A stretch of DNA of 64,000 bases from Octopus sinensis (GCF_006345805.1 NC_043000.1:82894001-82958000), one strand, 5' to 3'; shown: positions 13,406 through 27,770, counted from the stretch's first letter. The notes: generated by a model from the letters alone, not told the origin. Made by a program: numbers and translations.

Positions 13406-14229
13406 GTATGCTGTAATTCTTTATCATCAAATCTCTCCCCCCCTTTTTTTTTTTGTTTTCTTTTCCATGTATTTCACAGTATTTATAAGTTTTGGCATTT
13501 GCCTGATTTCTTGTTCTAGGTATTTCGGTCATTTTCACTCCTGCTTTGATGTCTGTTTAGACTAGGTCAGCTCTATTCCAGCAGGACTTTTATGAATCCC
13601 ATTCCAGCTGTGACCACCTGTTGACCATCCCAAAACATTGTATTTAGGAGTACATGATCCAATTATTTCTTTCCTTCTTTTAAACGTTTTGGGAAAGGGT
13701 GATCTTAGGGAGATTTGGCTGACAATTCTAACAGATTAAGGGAACACAGATATTCCTTAAGTAGTGTTCACTTCTGTCACATTTGTGCTGGTATAGGTTA
13801 AGAATTGGGCCACTGTACAGCATATCATCATTTGTTATCGTGTGTTATATCTCATCTATAAGGTCTAGCAACCTCAAAATTTTTATCTTCCTTGTTCTCC
13901 TGTCATGGTCACCTTCTACTGTTGACACGTGGTGTAGTACTGTTTTCATCTGGCTCATATTTATACAAACCTAATAGCCATCTCAGCTTACACCTTGTAT
14001 TTCTCAGTCACTGTCTATGGTTACATTTGCTACTGTACACCAAACAGGCCATATTGAATTAGGCACGTAGAAAGCACCACTTGTGCATGATCATTGCCAG
14101 TGCCACTTGACTGACTCCTGTGCTGATGGCATGTAAAAAGCACCATCCAAGCGTGGTCAATGTCAGTACCGCCTGACTGGCCCTCATGCCAGTGGCATGC
14201 AAAAAGAATCCACTACACTCCCAGATTCA

Positions 14230-14640
14230 TTGCTGTAAAGGAGATACATGGTTACCCAATCTGCGGGAAGAGCAGAAGGAGAGAGAGTGGGCGACAGGAG
14301 TGCAAGAGAAAGCAGAAGAGAGATGATGGCAAAATGCTGTGCATACTCACAAGGAATGGGGATCAGAAAATAAATGGGATAGTCGAGTAAAAGAAAGGAG
14401 AGATAGATATTGGCAAGTGCCAGGGCATATCCTTGAAGTACAGAAATCATAATATAAGTGGCAGGTCATTGCCAAAGTGTGAGTAGAGAGTAGGGGAGGG
14501 GAATGTAGTGTGTGGTGAAAACCTGGGTATGTGAGAGGGAGGAGCTACCAGATAGCAATAATACATTTAACAGGGCTGTGAGGACAGGATTGGGGAGTGA
14601 GAAATAAGCATAGTGCATGAAGGAGATGTGAGGAAGAGAA
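14230..14640 (-). mobile_element. purine-rich segment, probably an inverted RTE 3'UTR
   Basis: reverse complement resembles 38460-38500 (…ccatgtatct…) and the CT-rich tail. Confidence 0.4.
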
Positions 14641-16914
14641 GTGTTGTGATATATATATATATCATCATCATTATCGTGTATATATATTCACACATATATA
14701 TTGTAGATTGGGGGTGGGGCAAAATGAGTAACTTGTGATTTTTTATTTCCATCCTATTTGTTTTAAATCACTACATTGCAAGTATTGCATCATAGTTTTG
14801 TACTGGTACATTACATTTGGGAATAAAACTTGGTCAGCATACCTGTTATTGAAGCTGAGGGAGTCCAAAACGGTCAGGTGGCCAGTCCTCTTTTTTCAAG
14901 AAATTTTTCCTCAACTTTAACCTGATCATAATTGAGGTTGCTAATAAAATATCTGGATAATTTTTCATGTTAACAATCAATATTCTTTTATCTGGATTCC
15001 AAGTCAATTTTTTCCCTTACTTATCTAATTTGATAACTTTCAAGTTTCAAAAAAAGTCTGTTGTAGTAAAATGAGTAATGACAAATTTCAATAATTTCTT
15101 CTCTTCAACTACATGGCATGTAAATATATCATGAAGAGGACATTCCAGCAGATCATGAAGAAGCTATAGAGAATATTTTGTGTTTGTTTTTTATTATCTA
15201 TTTAGTCGAGTTTCATTAATTTTATATCATGTGCCATTTTTCTCTGATCCTCTTTCACTTGACCTAGATATTAAATTTTTTTTTGCATTTCTTATCTTTC
15301 TGATGTCTAGGGATGGATATTGATGTATATGAGTCTGTTTTCTGGAGAATTGAAGCAGCAAATTTACCTTATCTTGTCTTACTCATTTTGCTCCAGAAAA
15401 ATTTGTCTTTTATGTACTCAAAGAGAACCGATAATTATTTTGAAATATATTATATACAATGAAAAACTGAGGTAGTATTTATAAGTCTAAAGTTGTTCCA
15501 ATTGTATTCAAAAGTTAAATTTGATTTTTTAAAAAAGGAAAAGTAACCCTTTTGACAAAAATTTAAGCAAAAGTCAAAATAAAAAAGTTGTTCTTAGTAA
15601 CATTTTCTTGCTAAATACCTTGAAAACAAACACACTTAGCATTTCTGGTGAAATGCAATACCATAATTTTACATCTTTCCATACCAACCAGATTAGTTCT
15701 TATTTGAAGCTACTGACCTTCTGAACAGATCATAGCACATCTTGCTTTCAGTTTAGCATGATGATTGTGATTGGACTCCCTTCCTAACACCAAGTTTTTT
15801 TTCTTACAGTGTCCTTTTATTATGGCACCAGTACTATTGAGGTTGTCATGTTCTCTACACCCTACATTGTCTTTGTTCATTTGTCAACTACTTCACAAAG
15901 TATACTGGGTGCATTTTATCATAGCACCAAACCTAGAGCAATTGCCTTGTCTCCTGTAAGACTAAAGTTCTTGAATTTATATTGCTTCCATTCTCTAAAG
16001 ACATGTGACTGAGATGGTGACTAGAGAAGAGAGTGAGAGAATATGAGTGTGAAACTGATAGGTGTGAGAGAGTAATGTGAAGTAAGCATTGATAGCTATA
16101 TGGTCCTAAAATATTAAAAAAAAACACCACAAACGCAAGGTGACAGAACAACCAAAAATAGCTTTATGTTGGCTGATGGTAAGAGTATTGACTATAAGAA
16201 CAGAATGAAAGTGATAGATAAGCAATAGTGAGTGAAAGTGGTAGATGTCTCACTACAATGTAGCATTGCAACTCATCCACTAACATCATACTGTATGCTG
16301 TTTACTCTGAGTGAGAAACATTTTGTCAACAGCAGAGGTAATATCTCACTGAACTTTTGTGCACAGGTTACTATACTTTAGAAGTATCTACCTGCACTAC
16401 TGATTAAATCATCTATGTAATTAAAGTTATTAGTGAACCTCCAGAATATTTGAAGGAAATTATTTTGTGTGTATTTTTATCTAATATATACCATATACAG
16501 TCTAATTCTCTGTCTGCCTGTGTTTGTATCTTTAGGTACTCTATTTAGAATAGCCATCTTCTTGTTAGAACAGAGTCCTATATTCTTTGCTATGTTTAAT
16601 TTGGAACTTCTAGATGGTAGTTTTTCCTTCTGTGTCTGGAATTTTTTTCTATAAATCTGTTACTGCTTCAAATGTAAGAAGAAGGTCAGCAGTATACAAG
16701 AGCTCAAAAGACAGCCTATCTTAAGCTTTCCTTTTATATTCAAGAATGTTGTAATAAGGATAATGACAACTGAGAACTGTGCCTTCATGAACAGCTAAAT
16801 TTTGTTGCTGGACTCATTGCTGACCATACCTTGGTACCTGGTTTGTACAGACCTCATAAGCCATTCAATCATCTAGCCTAATTTCCTTACGAACCACCAA
16901 TAAATTATAAAAAT

Positions 16915-17497
16915 AAGAGCTGAGTCCTAAGTACATCTCCTACGAGAGTTTCACAAAGTTCTTGGCATCAGTTGACCCTCTTCCTGTTACAAAGCCAAGT
17001 TGTATCTCATTTGATCCACTCTTGTTTCTTATAAATTGTGCAGGTATTCTTTCTGTAACTTTCATAACCAGGTCCGACAATTTGATGCTTCTGAAGTTAC
17101 CTTTCTCGTGTGTCTCTCCTTTTCCCTTGTAGTAGTTGACAGGGATGCTGCTATGTCAGTCATTGGAGCCTGATTGACTATGTGAGTGACCAATATATGA
17201 TTTACTTACTTGATATCTTTAGCATTTCAATGCTATCCTTGATAGAGCAGATGTCTTTTTTGCCTTCAGATCTTTAAATGTGTTTGTTACCATACTGCTG
17301 TTAGCTTTAATGAATAATTCCCCTGTTGGTTTTACTTGGGGTAGTTCTGCTCTTTCCCACATGCTCAACAGACTCATAATAACACTCCCATGCCTTTTTC
17401 TTTTTGGTAATTATGCCATTGTCATTCCATTTACACTTTTCTCCAACAATGTCTCAAATCTGCCAAATGCATTCTTTGCAATTCATGACACCTCATG
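16915..17497 (-). mobile_element. RTE-clade LINE reverse-transcriptase fragment
   Basis: minus frame SSIPVNYYKGKGETHEKGNFRSIKLSDLVMKVTERIPAQFIRNKSGSNEIQLGFVTGRGSTDA (YKGKGD..NYRGIKL..QFGF.PGRSTTDA motifs), with stops. Confidence 0.85.
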
Positions 17498-17513
17498 CCT
17501 TTGACTCGTTTAA

Positions 17514-17753
17514 CCCTTTTGATACCAACCTGGCTGAAACCGGCTCTGGCTCTGAGTACAAATATCTTGTTTTCATAAATTTTTAATTAAAATCTTCCAC
17601 CAAACCTTATTCACAATATATGTTCTTAACACTAGCTGAATGATAACTAAGTTATTTTACTAAATTCTTTGTTATATTGAAAGAAACACAAAGCATCTCA
17701 CAAAGTAATTGAAAGAAACAAAGCATCTCAAAATAAATACAGTAACGAAAGGT
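17514..17753. mobile_element. piggyBac-type MITE, family P1
   Basis: TTAA-CCCTTTTGATACC … GTAACGAAAGGT-TTAA; right end matches the TIR of the 23322-24031 element. Confidence 0.75.
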
Positions 17754-19367
17754 TTAAATTTATGTTTTAAGTGATAAAGATGGAAGTCTTTTGTAAAGTA
17801 ACTAACTTTGTCATTTATTATTATATTAAGCTGGTATTTGCAAGATAAAAGTTTTTTGACGAAGGTGGGTTTATATAAACAGACCCAGAGGTAAGTTGGT
17901 ATTAGAAAGGTTACCCAAAAATCCTGTGGTATATTTTGAACAAAGGACATCAGCACCTTAATTTCTCCTTTAAAGTTGTTATCTAAACATTAATGATTTA
18001 TTGTTTGTTTATTAATGTCGAGTCGAGCATGTCAGTATGATCCTCCCCACCATTGTTATTTCCTACTCTTTATAATCTTATTTATGCAGGTACTAACTTT
18101 CTTACATAATCTTAATTGCTCCTTTCTTCTACCCTTCATCCCTTACCAATAATGTGTGATTCTATCATTGTTGTTCATTTCAGATATACTAGTGCAGCTT
18201 TCTGTTAGAATTCAAGTGTGATAGCAAAAATACAAATTATTTTCTCTGCTCCTAGAGCATTGTGTCTACTCTACTTTGCTGTTAATCCATCTCTAAACTT
18301 TTTAAATATATTAAGTTCATGAGATCACTTGACTTGCTAGAAGTAGCAATTAAATATCCCTCATATCACACTTTATCATCATATTCAGACAACATAGAAA
18401 ACTCTATGAGATAACTCAAACTCTAGGAATAGTAAGGAAATTTCCTTAAACCCTACTATCTTTCCAAGTGAGAAAATCTACATTGCTGCTGAGCCTGTTA
18501 GAAACAGTAGCCAAATCTCCTTAATGTCACAGCCTACCTTAAAAATTGAAGGCCACTTTGGATAATGTCCAGGATACAATGCCTAAAAATATGCTGGAAT
18601 GGTCATAGCTAGAATGTTTTCGTAACTATGCAAATATTGACCTACGTTAATGTGTTTCTGTGTCAGACATTGGAGTTGTTAGTAAACTAAGTTGGGATTA
18701 TGTTTAGGACTATTTTATTTTACATAGCTGCCTGCTGCTGTATTTGGGAATATAGATATAATGTCACTATACATATATGTAATGGCCTATCTAACAAACA
18801 GTTATATTGAATTGGTGGCAAGCTGACAGAACCACGAGCATGCCAGGCAAAATGCTTAGCGGCATTTTGTCCCTCTCCAAATTCCCCCAAGGTCAACTTT
18901 ACCTTTCATCCTTCCAGGATCGATAAAATAAGTATCAGTTGAGTACTGGAGTCGATGCAATTGACTTACCGAAATTGTTGGTCATGTGCCAAAATTTGAA
19001 ATCATTATATTTAATTGATTGGGTAAGCGTCTATATGGTTGCTTGATCACCTACGTGTAGCAGCCAACCGCCATCTGATTATATGGTACTGTCTTTCAAA
19101 AAAGTTTAAATTGGTTAATGTGATCCTCAGTACACCTGTATCTTGGAAGAATATGGAGTGGTCATAACCGAAAGGAATGTCTTTAACTATGGGTCTAGTT
19201 AATCAAGGATTACCTAGATCTAAATAACAGTTATATGTCACCACTGATGAAGTCTAAACATGGTTGGTCAGTCTTCTACACATAACAACCAGATCTCTCT
19301 CATACCATACCCTGCCATCTTATTGGATTATGTTATCTGAGATATACTATTCCTGAATAAAATATAG

Positions 19368-19765
19368 AATGGCTGTGTGGTAAGAAGCATGTTTCCTAAC
19401 GACATGGTTCCAGGCTCAGTCCCACTATGTGGCAAGTGTTTTCTTCCTTGGGCCAAACAAAGCTTTGGGAGTGAATTTGGTAGACGGAAACTGGAAGAAA
19501 CCTGTTGTATGTAGGTATGTGTATATATATATTTTTATGTATGTGGATGTGTGTTTGTGTTTGCCCCCCAATAACCACTTGACAACTGGTGTTGGTGTGT
19601 TTAAGTCCCCTTAACTTAGCAGTTTGGCAAAAGAAACCAATAGAATAAGTACCAAGCTTTAAAAAAAAAAGTAGTAGGGTCAATTCATTTTTTAATAAAA
19701 GTTCTTCATGGCGGTGCCCCAACATGGCCACAGTCTAATGACTGAAACAAGTAAAAGAGAAAAGA
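19368..19765 (+). mobile_element. SINE family B copy
   Basis: same head, body and tail (…CAGTCTAATGACTGAAACAAGTAAAAGA) as 4685-5025. Confidence 0.75.
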
Positions 19766-22482
19766 ATGGTTTTAGCTAGAATGTTTTCAATCATAAATCT
19801 GAAAGGGTCTGACCTCGGGCTAAACAATAACAGTAACAATTACAACAGCAGTTAATGTGTCAACGTTGTAGTAACTTGACAAACCAGCTAAAACCATATC
19901 TGCTAACTTCTTGGTAATTTCTTTGCGAAATATGAACTTTGCTGCCCTAACAGATCTAATATTTCATGGTTGTGTGAGAGTTTGCTTGAATCTTAGTATC
20001 TGTGGTATTTTCCATTATTGATCCAGTTGAGCATGCGTGTGTAGGTTGGTAAGTCTGGTTTAGTTATATCCAGCTATAATTTTATCTCTTGTACTTGTCA
20101 CTTTGCTATTTACAGAAACCAGATTTAAGTAATGATATTTACTAACATCGCTATAGTCATTTACTTTGTAAATCAGTGTATGTTATTTTAAGGTGGTGAA
20201 CTGGTATGGCCATGGCAGTATAGATAGAATGCTTTGTAGTATTTATTAATTCTCTGCACTCTGAGTTTAAACCCCACTGGGGTCAGCTTTGATTTTCATC
20301 CTTTAGGCAAAAGTACCGATCCAGTGTGGTGAAAGGGTAAAAATCCTAGAGAGTCGAGTGAGATTCTTTGCAGTACACATTCCAGCTCTTTATGTCCTGA
20401 CACTGGTGCCAAGATTATTGGCCCAAGTTAATGCCATTTCTCTTGGATAAATATGAGTGGCATCAAAAGACAGGACTTGCAAGACTGAGCAACTAGTCTT
20501 CCTCAGAAAATCATGTCCAGGCATGTGTATATGTAAAGGTATGTCATTTAGTGATTAGGTGTTGCAGTCAAGATGGCCGGAGCATGGTTTTAATTCTCAG
20601 ATCAGATGATGCATTCTGTTCTTGAACAAAGCACTTCTTCATTTTGCTCCAGTCTACTCACTTGTAAATGAGTAACCCTGTGATGGGTTGGCACCCAGAC
20701 AGGGATATTATTGTGATCTGAGTCACAGGTAACTGGCCCTAGGACTTCCAGGGCTTGAGGCCGCAATGTCCTGGTTATCCCATCAGATCATACATATATA
20801 TGACTAATGGAGATCCTACATTGTGCTATTTTAATGCAAGCACTTAAGTAGGTTTTTAATTTTCTATATAAGTTAATCTGAAGAGGTGGAATACTGCCAT
20901 GACCTTTGCAGGCTCTTCTCTCTGAGTGATGTTGATGTTTAAGATATGGGTGGGAAGAGGTCTAGTCTGAATACCTCTAACCAGTGAAACTTGCTAATGT
21001 CACACCAGGAACAAGTAATGGTGTTTGTGAAGAGAGAGTGTTGACTTGGTGAAAGTTGTTAGGTTGTACACAATGTGTAGATGATGGTGTTAGTGGAAGA
21101 ACTTACAAGAGCTTGGGAGGATAAAGTTGCTAAGTTATGTACAAGGAAGAGGTAGTGATATTAGTAGATGAACTGTGTAGTGGTGGTGGTATTGATGGTT
21201 GTAATGAAATGAATGATTTTTCACTGTACTAACTAAACAGTGATTTTACTAGACATGTATGCTTTTGTGTGTTTGTGTATATTAAAAGCTTATTTATATT
21301 GGATGAGGAAGATGATCACTTGATGAGAAATGTCATATGTAGGAATAGGTTGTATCAAACACTCACATGCACACACACACACACATACACCTACATTGAG
21401 CCTATTTTGTGACTGAATTATATTGATCTAGCACCTCTTTCCTTTGATTGATAAGGAGACCTAAGGTAAAACAAAGTAAAGTATCCCTGCTTGGAAACAG
21501 AACAAATTGCCTGCAAAAGATTTAAACTTACAATCAACAGGCATCTCAATACCTTATTCACTTGACCACTGTTCTCTTTTCTTTCTCTCATTCTTTTACA
21601 AATAAATTCCACATATTTAACATTCTACAACAATCTTCTTCATATATACATGTGTGTGTGTGTATATATGTATACAAATTATCACTATTTTCATGTCCAG
21701 AGTTATTAAATCTGCTATACAGCACATTAACTGGTTAGTCTTTCACATTTTCATACAAGTGTTATGGCTGATGTTATTAATACTTTCCCATCGTCAGCTT
21801 TTATTTGTTTCCAAGCATATTAATATTTCCATGTGGTCAGTTATGTTTTGGAAATGCATGATAGTGGCATTCATTTATGATTATCATGCAGTATCAAGAC
21901 AGAGATATAAACTCATGCACACATGATGGGCTTCTTTAAGTTTCCATTTATCAAATCCACTTAAAAGGCTTTGGTCAGCCCAGGTTTCTAGTAGAAAACA
22001 GTTGTCCAAGGTTCCATGCAGTGGGACTGAACCTGAAACCACGTAGTTGGGAAGCTAACTTTTTAATCACACTCTCATACCTGTACTTAGTCATATCTAT
22101 ATATGTATTGTTTTCATATGGTACAAGTTAAGGTGCATAAAATATAACTAGTATTAACCAATATCTAGAACTCCTTGTGTTCTTCTGACGATGAGAATTT
22201 GTGCCACTGGTCTCCTTAATCATAAAGATCACTGAGTATACTTAGAAAAAATAAAACTGGAGAGTTCTCAAATTATTTTCTTCTAGCATCCTTACGTATG
22301 ATTCAGTGAATATTTGTAAGGCCAAATTACATAAACCTGGCCTGATGTAATTATTATATCTTCACATCATCAGAGTTGATTTTTGAAATCAACTTTGATG
22401 ATGATTTCTAAAGTCAATTTTGAAAAATGCTGGATTAGCTATGGTTTAAAGACTTTGATCTTAAGTCTGCTTGATTTAGATT

Positions 22483-22812
22483 GCTGAGACCCCCTTCGAT
22501 CATGACTGACCATGGGATTGCACCTAGAAAGTTACCCTCCCAGACACAAGTCTGGGCCTGGTTGTTTATGGAAACCAGCAGTCGCCCATGCATACCGGCT
22601 TCCCCTCTCCACACCACCATTGTTATCCAAGGGAAAGGCAAAAGCCGATACAGCTTGGTACCTGTGACATCGCAATTCATTTCTACAGCTGAGTGAACTG
22701 GAGCAACGTGAAATAAAGTGTCTTGCTCAAGAACATAACACGCAGCCCGGTCAGGGATTCGAACTCACGATTACAAGATCGACGCTCTGACCACTGAGCC
22801 ATGCGCCTTCAC
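22483..22812 (-). mobile_element. tRNA-derived SINE (same family as 793-1126) with 11-bp TSD
   Basis: reverse-complement homology to 793-1126; TSD tgatttagatt at 22472-22482 and 22813-22823. Confidence 0.85.
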
Positions 22813-23034
22813 TGATTTAGATTAACATTGGGCTAAACTACAACAGTTAACAATTTATTAGTTTTGTTAATTGTGTTGATTTATGAGAACTGGCTGTAGT
22901 AGCTACAGCTGCCAGCTGCAGACCAAAATTGTTTATAACTGAATTGACTTTCTACCCTACTGGTTGTGCACCTATACAAGCCATCTTGCTACATGTCAAC
23001 TGCACTTAGTTATTTATCTGGTGTCACTCATTGA

Positions 23035-23251
23035 CCCCTTGCAGACGGATTTAATACTGTCAGTCAGTGCTGTCTACCCATATTAAGGTCATTCAGTAAG
23101 TACATAATTTTCCACAAGGAATTTTAGTGTATTTACAGATTCTTCTCAATGAGTTATATTTGAAAACACAGTACCACACAGAGCAAGACATCTCACTACT
23201 CTCGCACACAGTGTTTCAATGCGGTCCGTACTGTTTCCCATCTGCAAGAGG
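23035..23251. mobile_element. piggyBac-type MITE, family P3
   Basis: TTGA-CCCCTTGCAGACGG … CCATCTGCAAGAGG-TTAA. Confidence 0.7.
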
Positions 23252-23321
23252 TTAATGAACAATGTTAGGAAGGGTGTCTGACCATGTAATCCTTAACTGT
23301 CTATCATAAGTACATGTTTCA

Positions 23322-24031
23322 CCCTTTCGTTACTATATTTCTGACCAAAATACACCCCTTATAGGGCTTAATTTCATTTAAGGTTGTGGGAAACCACAAA
23401 CTATCCTTTCTTTCGCTTTGTTTACATTTAGCGTAACGGTTCATTTCCGCCGTAATGATTTCAAATAGGCTCATTCGAAAAAGTAAAAAGAAATAGTCTA
23501 AGGCTTTACTCTCCTGGGAAAGACTGTGGCTTGGTCCAGTTTCTTCAGAAAAATCACTGAAAGAAACAGTTTTTAAATTTTCGCTCCATTCAGGTGCCAA
23601 TTCATTTTCTTTATCGCTGTCAGAGCTCTCGGATTCATTATCAAATACCACTTGCTTTTTTTTTTCAGTCATAGAGTTAGATTTATGAAGGTCTTCAGTA
23701 GAAAATCCTTCGAATTCTGACTTGCTGCTTGATATAATGAAATTTGTATCCATTTTTTGCCAGAATTACAAATTTTGAAAACTCAATAGGAACAAATTTG
23801 GAAAAAAATCTCCCAAAATTCACAGAATTAAAATTACACGTCGATTGTCATACAAAACTGTAGATGAACTGTTTACGAAGTATAATCACGTGTTTTCACG
23901 AATGTACTAACGAGATTTGCTCTGATATTCTCATTTAAATATGAATAGGTAATTACGGGTGGTTTTGGGCAGCTTGGTCACATGAACCAAAATTTTTTCG
24001 GGTGGCTTTGGGCAGTTTTTTAACGAAAGGG
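23322..24031 (-). mobile_element. internally deleted piggyBac element with an open transposase N-terminal ORF
   Basis: TIRs CCCTTTCGTTA / TAACGAAAGGG flanked by TTCA / TTAA; ORF 23753-23319 has an acidic N-terminus, W..F..GP, LDYF.L.F, EMNRYA and W.PTT..EIK motifs typical of PGBD proteins. Confidence 0.85.
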
Positions 24032-24049
24032 TTAAATGCAAATATATAT

Positions 24050-24400
24050 AGGTGTGGCTGTATTGATAGAAGTTTACCTTCCACCCACATGGTTCCAAGT
24101 TCAGTCCCACTGTGTGGCATCTTGAGCAAGTGTCTTCTATTATAGTGAGTGGATTTGGTAGACAAAGTGAAAGAAGCCTGTTATATATGTGTGTGCGTGT
24201 GTGTGTTGGTATTTATCCTCCACTGGTGTTGGTGTGTTTACATCCCTGTGACTTTGGCAAAAGAGACCAGATAGAATAAATATCAAGCTTAAAAGAAAAA
24301 AAAGGATAAGTACTGGTGTCAATTCATTCAACTAAAAATTCAAGACAGTGCCCCAGCATGGCCACAGTTTAATGACTGAAATAGATAAAATAGTAAAGAT
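24050..24400 (+). mobile_element. SINE family B copy
   Basis: homology to 4685-5025. Confidence 0.75.
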
Positions 24401-24405
24401 ATATA

Positions 24406-24642
24406 CGGGATGCGATGGGTAAATTGTCGCCATTTTTTAATTTTGCGTATGCACACTATTTTTGATTTTGTCAACTACACAGTATATAGTAGGGTATGTT
24501 CAGCATCATCTGTGAGAAAAACAGCACCATGACACAATTCACTCTGCCAGAAATTTGGAAACAACATGCTGTACTGCTTAGCATTTGTGCAGGAAGCTCC
24601 AATACAAACATTTCAGAGTGTTTGGGTGTCAATCTGAGGACA
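24406..24642 (+). mobile_element. Tc1/mariner 5' fragment
   Basis: TA-CGGGATGCGATGGG start; ORF MTQFTLPEIWKQHAVLLSICAGSSNTNISECLGVNLRT resembles an HTH start (I...LGV..RT). Confidence 0.55.
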
Positions 24643-27239
24643 TGTACCTATGTGCTCACATATTAAAACATATATCACTAAAATTCATTAATGAAATATT
24701 TCAAAAACCGTTTTTTTTTTTTCTGAACCAGAATTCAAGGAATCTTATTTGCTTAAAAAATACTTAAGCCACATGCGTACATGGCATTAACAGTTCATTT
24801 CTTTTGTCCAAACTATTAGTGCCTTGAGCCAATATTCTCAGTTTTTTTGCTTAAACAAAAGTCATGCTGCATCTTTAATTTGAAGCTCTCATTCCTGCAA
24901 TGTTGCGCACTAGACCAGGTAATTTTGAATTCATGAGGACTTGTCTTGCGCAAGAACCATATGCTTGTAATAACAGTTTTTGAATGTGAGCTCCCTTGCC
25001 CCAATATATGTTTTAGGTTGATCACTGCTGTTTGATTCAGCCTTTACACTGTTTACTGTCGACTTTGCCAGGAAGTTACCATCTAGTGGACAGTTCTCAT
25101 TAATTCTACAGTTTTATGTATGTTTGTATGTGTGTGTTCCTGTGTATTTTTAAATTCTGTAATGTACATTTTGTAAATAATAGTATCATTGGCTGTAGCT
25201 TTGCAGTGAGACAATCAACATTTCACTGCATTTTGAGGGTGAGAGTGGAGAGTGACAAGGGAGTGTTGGTCAAATTCAGGCAAATAAAAAGTGCAAAGTA
25301 TTTTTGTTTGATCTACTGATTTATTGACAATTTTATTTAACATCATGTATCTTTCTCTAATGTACCGACACTAACACACATATCTATGTACTAAATGTTA
25401 CTTTTTAGGGTACTCATTGAGTTGAAGTATGCCAGAAGGCATTAGCCCTAGGTGTTGCATGCAGTGGGATCAAACAAGGGATCACATGCTTCTTGTGTAT
25501 ATATGCATGCATGTGTAAATGTTTCTACATACTTTCAGTGTTCTATTTGAACAAAAAGCTGGTGATTGTTTATGTCTTGTAAAAACAAATATATGTGCTG
25601 GATCTTGACAAGTTTGTCATGTGTAGAGACCAGTGAAACAAAATTACCATATCTGAAAAGCAAGCATTGGCTACAGGAAGGGCAACTAACCACAAAATAC
25701 TCATCAGTAATTTTTATCCAGCTCGTGTTGGTATAGGAAGAGCAACAACAGTGAGAAGTTTTGTAGCAATGATTATTTCTTATTAGAAAGACGATATTTA
25801 TATTTTCATTTTTTTATCTGGTCTATTCTGTAATTGCTGTGCCGACACTTACATCACAAATAACTCCATGCTAATTTTCCCTGTTGGAAGAGTTTTTCAT
25901 CAGACTAGACTCATGCTCTCAAAAGCAAATGGCTCTTTAGAGATGTCCATGAAAAGTGAAGTCTTTGACCTGCTTTTGCTTCACTACTTAGATAATTTCT
26001 GTTCCACTAACACCCATTGGTGCCTTTACTAATGGTGCTAGTGTCATAGCTCCTGTTTACATCTCCTGTTCTTGGAAATACTTGTCCTTCATATTTAGCT
26101 GGAAATCAGATTAAATAAATTTTTTTTAAATCAATACATCGGACAATACAGTTTGTAGAAAAAGATTACCAGTTATGTTGATCTTTGGTTTGCTCTTTCA
26201 AGACTTCAGTGGAGCTAACCAAAAAGAACATCTACTGCAGTATCATTGTAGGTACATTACTGTTGTATTTACAACTGAAGAGTCCAGATAAGAAAGGTTG
26301 TTATTTTTTCCAGTTAGCAATTGAGATTGATGTGAGTAATTAAGAGTTGGCATTAATTTTATCACTTCTTAGTTTGTTGCAGCAGCTGAAAATATTTTGT
26401 GCTATAGAATAAATTTCCCCCTAAACTGGAAGCTACCATTAAAAAAAAAGTTATATAAGATAAAACAGCTGAGTGAGGTTCATAATAATAGTGGTACATG
26501 TGTTAGATTTATAGCATCTTCAGCATAAAATCATTTAGCAGCACATTCCAACCTAGGCTCACAGAAGTTCTGTCTCCTTACTCTGCTTCTACTAGTTCCA
26601 TCCAAGTCACATGTCACCCACATTGTCATTCCTAGGCCCTGCATTAACCACTACACACTCAACCTTTCCCTGTTAGAATATTGGCCTTCTGGAAATTTTA
26701 CCTTAGCTTTGTCTTTCCTTGTCTTTAATTTACAACTGTTGAAGAAGATCAACTATCCTGAAGGACCAGTAACAACCGTGGAACCTTTCCTTTCAAACAA
26801 AGCAATAAAACTACAGTTAACAAAAATATTATATGTATGTTTACTTAGTACCTTTGGAAGGGAGATGATTGTTACCACTTACCTGAAGTAGTAACTCAAA
26901 TAGAAACCATTATTAGACATCATTTCAGCATCAAACCTTTGCAACTTTGGTGAGTTACAATCCTTTACATTCATAGTTCAGATTTCACTGAAGTCAACAT
27001 GAAGTACCAATCAAGTACTGGAGTCAATATAATTGACTATAGTCCTTCCTCCCACACACCAGATAAAGTTCTGAGGTCAAGTTCACCTTTTATGTTTTGG
27101 AAGATAATAGACTAAATATTACTAATTTATTGGGAGTCAAGTATATTCTGCCTTCTTATAAAATTGTACATAAAAAAAATCATTGTTATTTTGACTAGTG
27201 TCTGAGCATTGTTGACTTGTAGAGCTTTGTCACACACAA

Positions 27240-27770
27240 CTGTTGACACATGTAAGATGGATCCAGTTATTAGCTAACTCCATCGTGAGGATTGTCCCAC
27301 CACCTTCTTTTGGCTAGGAAGGGCTCACAGTTTTCCTCTATCTTGGTGACTATGGTTACAGATGTAGTGTGGTGGATGAAGTTGAAAAGACTGAAGACTT
27401 TAGACTTAGACTTTTTCACGTTCCACTTAAAAAGAAAATTGAGGGTGAAGGGGAAAGTGCTGCCCCCCAGTATTTTTGTTGAAAGGTGGTTGAATGTGGT
27501 GAGGATGACCCATGTGAATGGGCCTACCCTGAACATATATTTATAGGTCGGGGGATTGAGGAAGAGAGAGGTGCCCTTGGTGAAAGGAGTAACCAGGATA
27601 TATGGTGTTCCTTGGTTGGCCTCCTCATTTGGGTAATTTTATTGTTTAAATTTTGTTAATTGTTATTATTTGTGTTGTATACATGTGTTTTTGCTCTAAG
27701 CTCCACTTCCTTGTTTTGTATTGTTCTTTTTTATTATGTGTTTGGCCCTTGTGGCCAATAAAGAAAATAT
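27240..27770 (+). mobile_element. L1/Tx1-like LINE 3' end
   Basis: ORF tail VVWWMKLK…FFTFHLKRKLRV…FVERWLNV…*, a T-rich 3'UTR, then AATAAA (27757) and an A-rich tail. Confidence 0.65.
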
